From: Saprolegnia diclina VS20 | Taxonomy: Eukaryota | Length of the DNA stretch: 64,000 bases | Assembly: GCF_000281045.1 (NCBI RefSeq) | Contig: NW_008246070.1 | Coordinates: 265,781 to 329,780 of the forward strand | Direction of reading: 5' to 3' | Part shown: positions 25,011-37,143 of the stretch, in pieces | Position numbering within the stretch: the stretch's first letter is position 1 | Layout: each line of letters begins with the position of its first letter | Notes under the pieces: generated by a model | Told to the model about the DNA's origin: nothing | The model's database searches: none | The model's input: the letters and a program-made list of their open reading frames with translations, nothing else | Program-made: the position numbers and the translations under genes

Positions 25011-27510
25011 TTACGCGAACTTCTCCGAGTGGTACTCGAAGGACGTGCCCTCTGGTGTCGAGTACTTGCGGCACATGGCCGACAAGATCGCGTCGAGCGC
25101 GTGCGGGCCGCAGAAGAAGACGCCGATGCGCTCGCCGCTGTGAGTCCGCGCCATCGAGCGAAACCAATGGTCCCAATCCGGTCGGCCAAAGTGCGTGAGC
25201 TGCTTGAGTCCCGACACGACGTCGTTGCCCGTCGTGTCGTGCACGAACGCCTGGAAGAGCTTGAGGGTCTCGTTCGCGGCCACCGACGTCAAGTGGTGGT
25301 GCGTCTCGATGACGCCGTCACGGTCCAGCGCGTGGATCTCGTTCATCGTGTGGCTGAACCACGTCAGCGCCTCCTGCTGCCGCGTGACCCAGTGAAAGTA
25401 CATCTTGCGGAGCTTCATGTTGGGCGGCGCGCGGCAAAAGGCGCAGTTCGGACACCGCGACGCGTTCCACTGGTGCACCGTGTCCTTGAGAATCGACGCG
25501 AACGGCGTGACGCCGATGCCACCGCCGATCATGACGACGGTCGCGTACCGGTGATACGCCTGCGTCGGCGCACCGACGGGACCGTCGAGATATACGGTGG
25601 GGAACGCAAGGCCCTCGGTATTGCAGTGGCTCAAGAGAGCGTGGAGCGCGCTCGTCCAGTCGCCGGCGTTGCGGATGTGGAGACTCACGTGGTCGTCGTC
25701 GGGCGCCGACGAGATCGTGAATGGGTGCCACTCGTGCTGCGAGAGCTTCGGGACGTTTAGGAACGTGTACATGCCCGGGTTGTACTCAAAGCGCGCGGGC
25801 TTTTCGAGGAAGAGCGCGACGACGCCGTCGAGGAACTCGACGCGAAGGATCTTGAGCGGCGTCGTCCAGCTTTTCGCAAAGCGGAAGCGGCGCTCGACGA
25901 GGTAGACGCTGAGCGGCGGGAGGATCCAGAGGTACGACTGCGCCTTCGAGAGCCAGGACGTAGCGCCGTGGATGCTCCCGAGCAGCAAGAACGGGCCGAG
26001 CAGCATGTGGCTGAACCAAAAGAGGTTGAAGCGACCCTGTCGAAAGCGTGGAATCAGCGACAGCGGCAGCACAACAAGCGCGATGAGGAGCATGAAGACG
26101 CCCGTCACGACGGGGATGGTACACAGCATGTGGGCGAACGGCATCATGATCGGCGCGCCGTCCGGAGTCCGCAGCGTTGAGACGTGGGCGACAAGGAACG
26201 AGTCGGCAATCTCCTCGGGCGTCGCGAGCAGATAGACCGCGACCTCGTTGTAGACGTGGGCGCCCGTGTGTACGAGGCCAGCGACGAGCGCGACCGTGCC
26301 CGCGATGCGGTGGAACGCGAGGAGGTCGTCGAACGGGACGTAGCGCCAGAGGAGCTTGCTCTGCTTGAGAACTTCGAGGATCGATCGGCACATGGGCAAG
26401 AGCGCGAGGAGAAAGTTGGGCATCGCGACCTGCGCCGCACCGCGCGCAATCCGCAGCGCCCAGCCGGTCGCCGAGTCGACGGGGTATTGCGCCATCTTTT
26501 GGATCGCCTCGGCCGCAATGAAGACCACGTACGCCGTGAGCCACCAAATGCGCAGCGTGTGGTTGCGGTACAACGTCTTGGCCCGCGATAGGACGCTGTA
26601 GCGGGACGGCGCGGGCGATGGTTTGGCGCCCCGCGACCGCGACGTCTCGACCGTCGTCGTGGCTTCGTGGAGGTAGCCGCGGAATACGAGGTGGAACTGG
26701 GCAAAGCTCATGTGGCTCGCACTGCGCGCGCCGGCTTTGGCAAAGAGCATGTCGGCCATCGCATCGAAATCGGACCCGACACCTAACCACTTTAGTTAGT
26801 CGACATTCAGTAAAGTCTGTTGTAGTACATTGGAGCTTCTCGGCCTGGAACTTGGACTGCAGCAAGTCGGCAATGTTGCTTCGGTCGATGCGCCCGGTGC
26901 CACCCACGTCCATCGTGTCAAAGAGAAGGCGCAGCTTTGTGTCGTCTTCTACCGGAAGCTCCATGGCCGCGTTGAAGAGCACGGAACAGCCTCGGATCGA
27001 CTGCACGGCGGACGGGAGCTCGACCTCGAACGTACTCACAAAGGTGGCGCGGTTGATGCGCCCGTTGGCGTCGGTGACCGAGGCGACGACGCGCTTGAGC
27101 GCCTGAAAGTGCTCGATCGGGTCGTCGTCGCGCTCGACTGCAACCGGCTGCGACCCTGCTTCGACCTTCGCACCAGCTTCTTCTGGATCTTCGTCTTCGT
27201 CGCTGTCGCCAGCGTCCGCAGGCTGCATCATGACGACCTCGGACGTCGTCGACACAAAGCTCGCGTTCTTGTTGAACGAGCTATTCGACGCAAAGCTGCG
27301 CGTCTTGGCGCTCGAGTTGGACAGGAAGCTCGTGTTGTTCATCGACGCACGGGACCGCGTCCGCAGAAATGTGTGGCGGTTCTCAACGACCGCGGACGCT
27401 CGAAGGAGCTGCGATGCAAAGTCGCTGCTGGGCGTCCGCCGCAGCGCCGGTGTCGGGAACGCCGGGCGGGTGTACGGGTGCGTTGGCGTCTCGCCGTACC
27501 GGGAGGCCAT
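25011..27510 (-). CDS. EF-hand NADPH oxidase (NOX5/RBOH-like)
   Basis: EF-hand DVGGTGRIDRSNI, heme-His helices (FHR...VH; SH...IH), HPFTISS, DGPVG, GGGIGVTPF, GVFFCGP, C-terminal SEKF. Intron 26783-26828. Confidence 0.93.
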
Positions 27511-28290
27511 TCTTGGAGTGCGGTGCTCAGCAGAACTCAATATGGCGCGGGCGCTGGCTCTTCACCTTTACCCTCCCGCTGCCACGTTGAGAGTGGACCA
27601 CTTGGTGTGGACGCCTTTGCATCCCATTCGTCGAGCCAGCGCGCCTGTGCGCCAATCCGTAGCGTTTTTGTTGAAATCACGTGCGCTGATTGGCTATTGT
27701 GTTGCCGGCTTTCTCCTCGGTGGTGGTGCTGCGAGGTGCTCGCAGCCCTCGAATGCCACCGGCCCTCGTGACCGTAAGCACGTGTATGTCTACGCCGTTG
27801 CTATATAGAGACATAGACGGACGCAGTCGTTCGAGTAAGGGGACTGCCAACCCATGACAAAAACATGCTATCGAAGCCCGGATCCGGACCACCGCCACAG
27901 CTGCACCTGGTATGGTAATCATCCTCACTGCTTCTCAGTCCGACAAGATGCATACAATTCATTGGTGTAGCTGATGCTGGTGACCCACCATGGTGGTGCG
28001 CTTCAGCCGAGGACTCTTACTCGTGTCCTGCGTAGTTAGTCAATTGCAACGACTAAATATATTCGACGCAAATCGACCATACAAACGTCAGGACAATACA
28101 AAAATGTGTGCAAATCACCCGCAGCGAATGACGTGGCGGCAAGGTGGCATACTGACATTTCATTGGTTAAAATATGTGTGCAGTATTTTTAACATCTCAC
28201 ATAGAGATATCAAGATATTTTAATACAAACGCGCAATGCACGCGAGCGAGGGGCAATGAACAGCATTCAAGTGACTGTGACGAACGGACG

Positions 28291-29504
28291 ATGGAAGCTG
28301 TGGTCGAGGAAGCCGAGCTCTTGTACCGCCGCCAGCAGGGCCGCCCGACGTACATCACGACCGAGCACCGCGGGCAGCCCGACCGCTTTCCTGCATTCCA
28401 GCTGCACGTTCCGCAGTCCTTCCTGCCATGGAACCCGCAGCGGCGGGACGTCGTCGCGTTCCCGAGCGGCAATTCCGTGCTCTCGACCTGCCGCTGCGGT
28501 GTTGTCATGGGCGGCGTCTACTACACGCGACCTGCTGTGCACGAAGCCGACCAAACGGACGAAGCCAGCCAGCGGTACATGGTCGCCGTTAAGATGATGG
28601 ATCGACACCAACTGCTGCTCCAGCGCGATGACGTCGAGAACGAAATCCGAGTCATGCGGGAGCTGCAGCCCGGTGGCTTTACGGGTGTGCTGCACAACCC
28701 GCATTTGCTGCAGTGGGAGTGCTCGAACGATGAAGCGAACGAGTACATCGCAACCGACTACGTGTCGAACGGCAGCCTCCTCTCGTACACCCGCGTGCGC
28801 ATGCAGGAGCTTCGCCATCAAGCCGACCTCCAAGGCATCCAAGAGGAGCTCAAGGACCGCATGGTCGCCGAGGTGTGGGTCCAGGAAGCGCTGCGCCTCT
28901 TCCTTGGCATCGTCCGAGGCCTCACGTACATTCACGCCCACGACGTCGCGCACTTGGACTTGGACCCGTGCAACGTCGTGATCGACAGCACGCTCACGCC
29001 TCGCATCCTCGACTTTGGCAGCGCCATCTGCCTCTTCAACGATAACGCCAACGGTCGTGCTGGCGGTGGTACGATGCTCATCAAATGCAAACCCTTGTAC
29101 GCACCGCCCGAGGTGCGCCGCCACAACCAATCGCCGCCGCCACGCGAGCCCTTTGATGGCGCGGCCGCCGACATGTGGTCTGCCGGCACGCTCGTACGTC
29201 GCGCTTCATCGTCACCATCGTTCCTGACGTCGTTCTGATGTAGCTCTACCAACTGCTCTGCTTTGGGTACCCCATGGGCGAGTACGCGCTGCTCATGGAT
29301 GCCAACTGGCGCCACAACCTGCTCTGCCACGCGTACGACCGCGAGTGCCTCCAGACCGAGTGCTACATTTGCGTGCGCGAGGTGCAATTCCCGCCGATCG
29401 TGTACGACCTCTTCCGCAGCCTCCTCAACGCCGAGCAGCCCGAGCTCCGCATGTCGGCGCTTGCTGTCGCCAACGCCCTCACCCGCGCGCTCGCGTCAAA
29501 CTAA
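28291..29504 (+). CDS. Ser/Thr protein kinase with atypical catalytic loop
   Basis: VAVK, ENE (alphaC), HLDLDPCN, DFG, YAPPE, DMWSAG. Intron 29194-29243. Confidence 0.85.
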
Positions 29505-30085
29505 CTTATTGATGAACGTCTTGCCGTCGTCGACGCGAACTTGTTGCTACTAAATTTTCATGGACCCATCCCCTTCCTGTCGCAAAGATGTGACGCAATG
29601 GGCACAGAGGGACACACGTCACCTTGAGCTCCTTGAAGCGCACCGTGACCACAGATCAACGACGACAAGATCGCAGTGCCATGCAGAGCGCGAGGGCGAT
29701 AGGCCACACATCTCCGCCCGCAGATGCTCCGCGGCCACTTCAACATGGCAAGATCGGACCCTGGCGTCTCGGCAGTGACCGCCTTGGCGATGGGCAAGGC
29801 CACGCAGTACGCGTGGTGCAGTCCCACGCTCGAGACGCGGGCATGACGAGATGGCCTGGCGCTGCGTTTGACGAATCATGTCAAGCAAACTTGAAGTCTG
29901 GTCGTCGCATCCTCCTCCGCCGGCGCTTGCTACTTTATTGAAATCTTTGAACGCGGCTGCTGTTCCGCATACAAAACCCAAGGTATTTAATTCGAGTAAT
30001 ATCGAAAGCGCACCCACTACGCTGGAATTCCCATAAGTAGTACACCGGCGACCGCTTGCATTTCCGAAAAGAAGACGGTCGCGAC

Positions 30086-30679
30086 ATGTACTCGATCGAC
30101 GCAGCCCAGGACGACGTGCTCCTCCCGCTGCGAAGGAGGCGCAAGAGCGAAGATGAGGGCGACGATGATGATGACGACGAGCTGCATGGCAGCCCGCGCC
30201 TGCCCCTCTGCTCGCCGCTTGCCAAGCTCATGGTCGAGTGGGACGACCTCGAGAGCGTGATCCTCAACATGCGCACGCCGGCGCAGAGCATTGGCGAGCT
30301 TCTCACGTCCCTCGAGAGCATCGACTTCTCTGTAATGCTGGAAGACGACCCGGAAGTGTTCTCGACCTTTGTCAAGCAGACCGAAATCGAGACGCTGGAC
30401 GAGCCCGAGCCCGATAGCGACGAGCCGACGAGCCAAGAGGCCGACGACCAATCGATCACCGAGGCCTTTACGCTCCAAGACATCATTGACGCATGGGGCG
30501 ACGAGTACATCTTTTTCATCTTGCTGCAGATTCCCCAGCGTGAGCAAGTCCGCCTCCAGACGGTCTTTTGGAACTTCTTCCACGCGACAATGCCCAACAT
30601 GGACATGGCCAAGCTCTCGGAACGCCGCGTGTACCAGCTGTACCGCTTCGCCGCCAAGACGCTCGCCACGTGCATCTAA
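30086..30679 (+). CDS. Acidic hypothetical protein
   Basis: 197-aa ORF from ATG 30086 with coding-like GC3 bias. No family recognised. Confidence 0.6.
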   Translation: MYSIDAAQDDVLLPLRRRRKSEDEGDDDDDDELHGSPRLPLCSPLAKLMVEWDDLESVILNMRTPAQSIGELLTSLESIDFSVMLEDDPEVFSTFVKQTEIETLDEPEPDSDEPTSQEADDQSITEAFTLQDIIDAWGDEYIFFILLQIPQREQVRLQTVFWNFFHATMPNMDMAKLSERRVYQLYRFAAKTLATCI

Positions 30680-30761
30680 TCTCTCTGTCAGTAGTCCATC
30701 TACCCGCTCGTAATCCTATCTCATCGTTGTCGTTCGTATCTTGGGTCTTGTCTTGGCTGGT

Positions 30762-32298
30762 TCCAAACACTGTTTTAGATTCTGTTTGCAAAAGATATCG
30801 ATTACGTAAAGCACGGAAAGCGACGGAGGTGCGGCAGCCGATCGAGCGCACGCAGCGCGTCGAGGTACACGGTGTTGACGTCGCGCCAATTGGGCTGCAG
30901 CAGACCTTCCGTCCAGTAGCCGGCAGTGTCGGAGGGGTTGAAGCCGTACCCGCTCTCGGGGTTGAGCGCCCACATGTACCCGCCGCTGTAGCCTTGCTCC
31001 ATCATGATCTGCATGCACAGATTGACGACGCGCTGGGATGTCTTGTGCGGGTGCGCGTCGAGGGCGAAGAGGCCGCCAAACTCGCCAAAGACGATCGCGT
31101 GGCCTTGCGCCCGCAAGTACCCAAACATGTCTTGGGCGGTCGCGGACACCACCTGGCGCAGCTCGGCGTCGCCCCACTCGGTGTAGTTGCGCAAGACCGT
31201 CTCGCCCGCCTTGCGCGGCGCCGCGCTCGAGACCAGAAACGATTGCGGGTACACGGACGGGTTGTAGTAGTGCGGGGCGTACACGAGCTTGGTGGGCAGC
31301 GTCGTGATCGGGGAGGTGCCCGCCGCCTGGAGACCGCCGCCCCACCAGTCGTAGTAGTCAAAGCGAGTGCCGTTGATCGTGATCGAGTGCGTCTCGGCGT
31401 TGCCCTCGACGAACGCGAGCCAGTTGGGACACTTGGCCAACATGCGCTGCGCGAGAAGCGTCGCGCCGCGGCGAAAGTCCTTGGGTCCGTCGTCGCCCCA
31501 CGTGGTCTGCCACGGCTCGTTCTTGAGGTCGACGCCAACGACGTTCCAGTACGCGTCTTCGCAGAGGTTGGTCGTGAGCACGTCCATGGCTTGCAGCGTC
31601 ACACTCTCGGGCGTAACGTCGCTGAACCACGCGTCGCCCTTGTCGGTGACCGAGAGGTAGTGGATGTCGAGGAGCACCGAGATGCCGAGAGCGCCGCACG
31701 CGCGCACGATGCTCTGGACCGCGCTCACGTAGCTCGTGAGGTTCAAACCCGGGCTCTCGTACTCGTTGACGACGTTGGCGTTGGGTGGCGTGTTCTTGAC
31801 GAGCGCGTCGACGGTCAGCGGGAGGCGGATGCTGTTGAAGTTGTGCCGGGCGAGGAACGCCACAACCTCAAACTGCACTTGGATGAGCCGAGATGCATGC
31901 ATATATAAAAAACGTACGAGGGACGTGCCGTTGTCCGGGTTGGCCCAGAGACCGAACGGGATGCGGAGCTCCGTCTCCATGCCAAACCTAAGGTGTCGTC
32001 AAGGAAAAGACACGAGAGAGTCGTACCAGTTGATGCCTTTGATGGCGACGGGCACTTTGGTGCCGTTGGGCGCCTGGGCAAAGAGGCCGCCGTTCTCGCT
32101 GAGGTAGTTGGGTAGCTTGCAGCCTAGGATATAAGGCATGGATACAATATGGCTAGTATGCGGGTCGCGTACCGAGGGGCGGGAACGAGGCCATGTTGGT
32201 GACTTGGCCGGCCGTGCCGGGCGTGCCGTCGTTGATCTTGCCATACAAGACGGGTGTCGGCGTCGGCGTCGGTGCCGGCGTTGGTTTTGGCGTCAGTG
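30762..32298 (-). repeat. Left arm of ~1.53-kb near-identical inverted repeat (partner 35499-37029)
   Basis: Reverse complement matches 35499-37029, including introns and about 40 bp past the stop codon. One 6-bp (Thr-Pro) indel and few substitutions. Confidence 0.95.
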
Positions 32299-32668
32299 GT
32301 AGTGTTGTTGCTGGTGGTTTCGTCGTGACGCGCAGAGGGCTAACTGGCGTAGGTGTTTGCGTGGTCGCGGGTGGCGTCGGCGGTGTGGTTGTCACGAATA
32401 TCGTGGGGCTAACAACTGGAGCCGCTACCTCCTGCTGCTTGGCTGGCGCCGCTGTTGCGCCTTGGCCGAGTACGAGGCCGAGAATGAGTCCGACGACGCC
32501 AATGATAATGACACCCAAAACGACCTTGGCTCGTGTCGTCTACGCCCATGGCTTTCACAACGCCTCATGGCCACACGTGAGTACCTTGAGGCAGCTCGGC
32601 ACCGAAGATGCGAGATCAGCGTCTTCATCGGGCGACTCGTAGCCTTCAAAGTTCGTCCGGGGTGCCAT
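30802..32668 (-). CDS. Type-II membrane GH5 endoglucanase #1 (spliced)
   Basis: Short cytoplasmic tail, TM helix and P/T stalk, then IKGINWFGMET, FNSIRLP, LKNEP (acid/base Glu) and GEFGG (nucleophile Glu). Confidence 0.9.
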
Positions 32669-32727
32669 CCCTTGGTGACGCTTGCAAAGATCGCAATGGA
32701 ATCTGCCCTCTCGCGAAACGCATATTT

Positions 32728-32799
32728 AAACACTGTTTTAGACACTGTTTGAGAACAGTGTTTCATCGCATCTTTCATGCGCTGTTTCAAACAGTGTTT
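32728..32799. promoter_or_regulatory. Cluster of four AAACA(C/G)TGTTT-like elements in the bidirectional GH5 promoter
   Basis: Copies at 32728-32738, 32740-32750, 32753-32763 and 32789-32799. Confidence 0.55.
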
Positions 32800-32858
32800 T
32801 GCGTATCCTTCGATGGAACAAGATGCACCCCGTGGAAGAACGAGCCATTTTGGAAAGC

Positions 32859-34793
32859 ATGGAGACAAGCCCACGCATGACGAGTCCCCGCGGCCACCAG
32901 GACGAAGAAGAAGATGATATGTACGCGGGCCGGCGTCCTTCGGCGAGCCCGGCTGCCTACAAGCGCTACGAGTCGGGCGCTATCGACGACGACGAAGTTG
33001 CGCCGGGGCATCCGGACGACGCCGACCCGATCCAAGGCGAGCTTCAACAGATGCCAGGCCACCGCCCGCGAAAGAAGACGGCAACCGACGAGGGACGTCC
33101 TAGCTGCGGCATGGTACATCACGCCGTTGCAAGCACCCGCCCACGTTCGCATCGTAGATTTGGCGTCGGCGGTGCATCTTCCTCGTTCTCTTTGCCGGCT
33201 GTGCAGCAGTCGTCGCGTACTTTGTCATCAAGCTTGTTGCTCAAAAGTCGAGCGACTTGAGCACGGGCAATGGTGCGACAGTGCCCGCCGCACCGTCCGG
33301 AGCCATTCAAGACGGCGTTGGCGCGTCGGTGGATCCCGCCGTGGGAAGCAACCCGGTCAAGTACCCAGCGTCCAGTACGACCATCTCTCTACACATTCTT
33401 TCAAAAGTAACAACATCGCACAGAGTGCAAGCAGCCCAACTACGTGAGCTCGAACGGCAAGATCTACATTGTGGGCACGGACGGCACGAACCGGCCCGTG
33501 AGCATCAAGGGCATCAACTGGTATCAACTTGATACTGCGCGAAGGATTTTGATGGCCAACTAGGTCGGGCATGGAGACAGGCAATGCGATTCCATACGGG
33601 CTCTGGGCTAACGGGCAGAATGGCACCACTGTGGTACGTCGCACAGTGCACGCTAGAAGTGAGGTTTCTTAGTACGAGGTGGCGTCGTTCTTGGCGCGCA
33701 ACAACTTTAACAGCGTGCGCCTGCCGCTCTCGATCGAGAGCATTTTGCAGAACCGGGTGCCCAACAAGGAGCTCATCAACGTCTTCAGCAACAAGGCCAT
33801 TGACCCGTCGACGTATCTCTCGCTGCTCTCGTCGCTCGTGAAAGCATTTGCGTACCGCGGCATTAGCGTGCTTTTGGATTTGCATGTGCTCACAAACTCG
33901 GACATTGGCCCCAAGTGGACCAGCGACAAGATCAGCCAAGCGTCGTACCTCTCGGCCGTCGACACGCTCACCAAGACGTTCTGCAACGACGCGCACTGGA
34001 ACGTGATCGGCATCGACCTCAAGAACGAGCCGTCTCAAATGACGTGGGGCGGCAAGACGTCGACCGATTGGCGTGTCGCCGCGACTCTGATTGGCAACCA
34101 AATGCTCCAGGGATGTCCCAACTGGCTCGCGTTCGTCGAAGGCGTCAACGACCTCCATACAATGACGCTGCCCACGGGTGTCTACACTTCGTACTATGAT
34201 TGGTGGGGTGGGGGTCTTCAGAACGCCGGCGACTACCCGATTTCGCTCTCGACCGACAACAAGATTGTGTTCGCCCCGCACTACTACTCGCCGGTACGCG
34301 ATGTTTATCGGGTTCGATCCTAGTACATCGTTCTGTCTAGTCGGTCTACCCTCAAATGTACTTGCTCAAGGACGGAACGCAAGTCGGCGACCTCATTGGC
34401 TACTACACAGAACTCGACAATGCGACGCTCAAGTCGGTCGTTCTCGCGACGGCCAACAACATGTTTGGCTACCTCACGACGGGCCCCCAGAAAGCTACGA
34501 TTGTCCTCGGCGAGTTTGGCGGACTCTACACCCAAGACCGGCATGCGAATCACACGGTGCGCCGCGTGATTGAGAGCTGCATGGACATGGTCAAGCAGCC
34601 CGGGTTCGCCGGTGGGTACGTCTGGTCGCTCAACCCCGAGTCCGCGTACAACTACAACCCGTCCGACCACAAGGGCGTGTGGCAAGAAGGGCTCGTGGCG
34701 CTTGACTGGGTCACGGTCAACAAGCCGTATCTCAACGCGCTCAAGCAAATGGACGCGATGGCCGACTTGATCAAGTTTCCTTGTATTTCATAG
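32859..34793 (+). CDS. Type-II membrane GH5 endoglucanase #2 (spliced)
   Basis: Cytoplasmic tail, TM IFLVLFAGCAAVVAYFVI, IKGINW, LKNEP, GEFGG, WSLNPES. Confidence 0.9.
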
Positions 34794-34964
34794 GCTACCT
34801 GTAAAAATATCGAATGAATTGCATCCAATCACCTCGGCTTCGATATTTTCAAAACAGAATATGGAAACTCTGTCTCGCGTCTTCGCGCAATGTTCCATCA
34901 TGCGAGATTCTTCTTTGCTTCGACATGGATTTGCTTCGAGAGATCATTCTTGGATCCGACTCGC

Positions 34965-36989
34965 ATGGCAACGAACGCGCCGACGTCAAGGGGCTCTGTG
35001 CCGGATGCGAGGGCCTCCTTCAGTGGGGTCGTCTCGTATGGCAGGTACGAATCGGGCATGATCCCCGACGACGAAGAGACAAAGGAAGCCGACACACCTC
35101 CGACGCGCCAGGACCACCACGAAGTAGGTCTCCACGAAGTTCTCGCGCCGGCGCCGAAGGCTCAAGGATGCCTCAAGGTATCATCCGCCCATGAACAGGC
35201 ACAGCCCATACCATGAGATAGACGCGACGTGGCAAGGCCATCCTCGCCGTGTCCGTGCTCGGTATCATTGGGCTCATTTTCGGGCTCGTCGTTGCCAGCG
35301 GCGGCTCGGACGGCAAGGGCGCATCGCAATCTACCTCGGACAATATGGTGGTCCCTGCTCCTTCAAGCACACAACCGTGGACATCAGGACCAACTGTCGC
35401 TCCGGTAATGACAAGCGCAACGCCGCCAACGCCTCGACCGCCCGCACCTGCGGTAGTTCAGCCATCCGCATCAACACCCATCCCTACTGTCACCTCAACA
35501 CTGACGCCAAAACCAACGCCGGCACCGACGCCAACACCCGTCTTGTATGGCAAGATCAACGACGGCACGCCCGGCACGGCCGGCCAAGTCACCAACATGG
35601 CCTCGTTCCCGCCCCTCGGTACGCGACCCGCATACTAGCCATATTGCATCCATGCATTATATCCCAGGCTGCAAGCTACCCAACTACCTCAGCGAGAACG
35701 GCGGCCTCTTTGCCCAGGCGCCCAACGGCACCAAAGTGCCCGTCGCCATCAAAGGCATCAACTGGTACGACTCTCTCGTGTCTTCTCCTTGACGACACCT
35801 TAGGTTTGGCATGGAGACGGAGCTCCGCATCCCGTTCGGTCTCTGGGCCAACCCGGACAACGGCACGTCCCTCGTACGTCTTTTATATATGCATGCATCT
35901 CGGCTCATCCAAGTGCAGTTTGAGGTTGTGGCGTTCCTCGCCCGGCACAACTTCAACAGCATCCGCCTCCCGCTGACCGTCGACGCGCTCGTCAAGAACA
36001 CGCCACCCAACGCCAACGTCGTCAACGAGTACGAGAGCCCGGGTTTGAACCTCACGAGCTACGTGAGCGCGGTCCAGAGCATCGTGCGCGCGTGCGGCGC
36101 TCTCGGCATCTCGGTGCTCCTCGACATCCACTACCTCTCGGTGACCGACAAGGGCGACGCGTGGTTCAGCGACATCACGCCCGAGAGTGTGACGCTGCAA
36201 GCCATGGACGCGCTCACGACCAACCTCTGCGAAGACGCGTACTGGAACGTCGTTGGCGTCGACCTCAAGAACGAGCCGTGGCAGACCACGTGGGGCGACG
36301 ACGGACCCAAGGACTTTCGCCGCGGCGCGACGCTTCTCGCGCAGCGCATGTTGGCCAAGTGTCCCAACTGGCTCGCGTTCGTCGAGGGCAACGCCGAGAC
36401 GCACTCGATCACGATCAACGGCACTCGCTTTGACTACTACGACTGGTGGGGCGGCGGTCTCCAGGCGGCGGGCACCTCCCCGATCACGACGCTGCCCACC
36501 AAGCTCGTGTACGCCCCGCACTACTACAACCCGTCCGTGTACCCGCAATCGTTTCTGGTCTCGAGCGCGGCGCCGCGCAAGGCGGGCGAGACGGTCTTGC
36601 GCAACTACACCGAGTGGGGCGACGCCGAGCTGCGCCAGGTGGTGTCCGCGACCGCCCAAGACATGTTTGGGTACTTGCGGGCGCAAGGCCACGCGATCGT
36701 CTTTGGCGAGTTTGGCGGCCTCTTCGCCCTCGACGCGCACCCGCACAAGACATCCCAGCGCGTCGTCAATCTGTGCATGCAGATCATGATGGAGCAAGGC
36801 TACAGCGGCGGGTACATGTGGGCGCTCAACCCCGAGAGCGGGTACGGCTTCAACCCCTCCGACACTGCCGGCTACTGGACGGAAGGTCTGCTGCAACCCA
36901 ATTGGCGCGACGTCAACAACGTGTACCTCGACGCCCTGCGTGCGCTCGATCGGCTGCCGCACCTCCGTCGCTTTCCGTGCTTTACGTAA
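34965..36989 (+). CDS. Type-II membrane GH5 endoglucanase #3 (spliced)
   Basis: Tail, TM ILAVSVLGIIGLIFGLVVA, P/T stalk. Catalytic domain nearly identical to #1. Confidence 0.9.
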
Positions 36990-37029
36990 TCGATATCTTT
37001 TGCAAACAGAATCTAAAACAGTGTTTGGA
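35499..37029 (+). repeat. Right arm of ~1.53-kb inverted repeat
   Basis: Matches the reverse complement of 30762-32298. Confidence 0.95.
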
Positions 37030-37143
37030 GAACGGGGAACGGTCAAGCTAATTTGAGATGCCAGTGGAACGCTATAAATAGAAATTGCGCGTTGCGAGCG
37101 TCGAGGATTCGCATTAGAGGAAATCCCGGCTACGGCGCAGTCG

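Noticed and set aside
29942..29954. AATCTTTGAACGC resembles a conserved 5.8S rRNA motif
   Set aside because: Only 13 nt match and the flanks do not resemble 5.8S; treated as a chance match.
32728..32799. Short repeats as a CRISPR array or transposon ends
   Set aside because: The units are 11 bp without spacers, the context is eukaryotic, and there is no cas or transposase gene.
30762..37029. Inverted repeat as a DNA transposon
   Set aside because: The arms are GH5 coding sequence; no target-site duplication or transposase is present.
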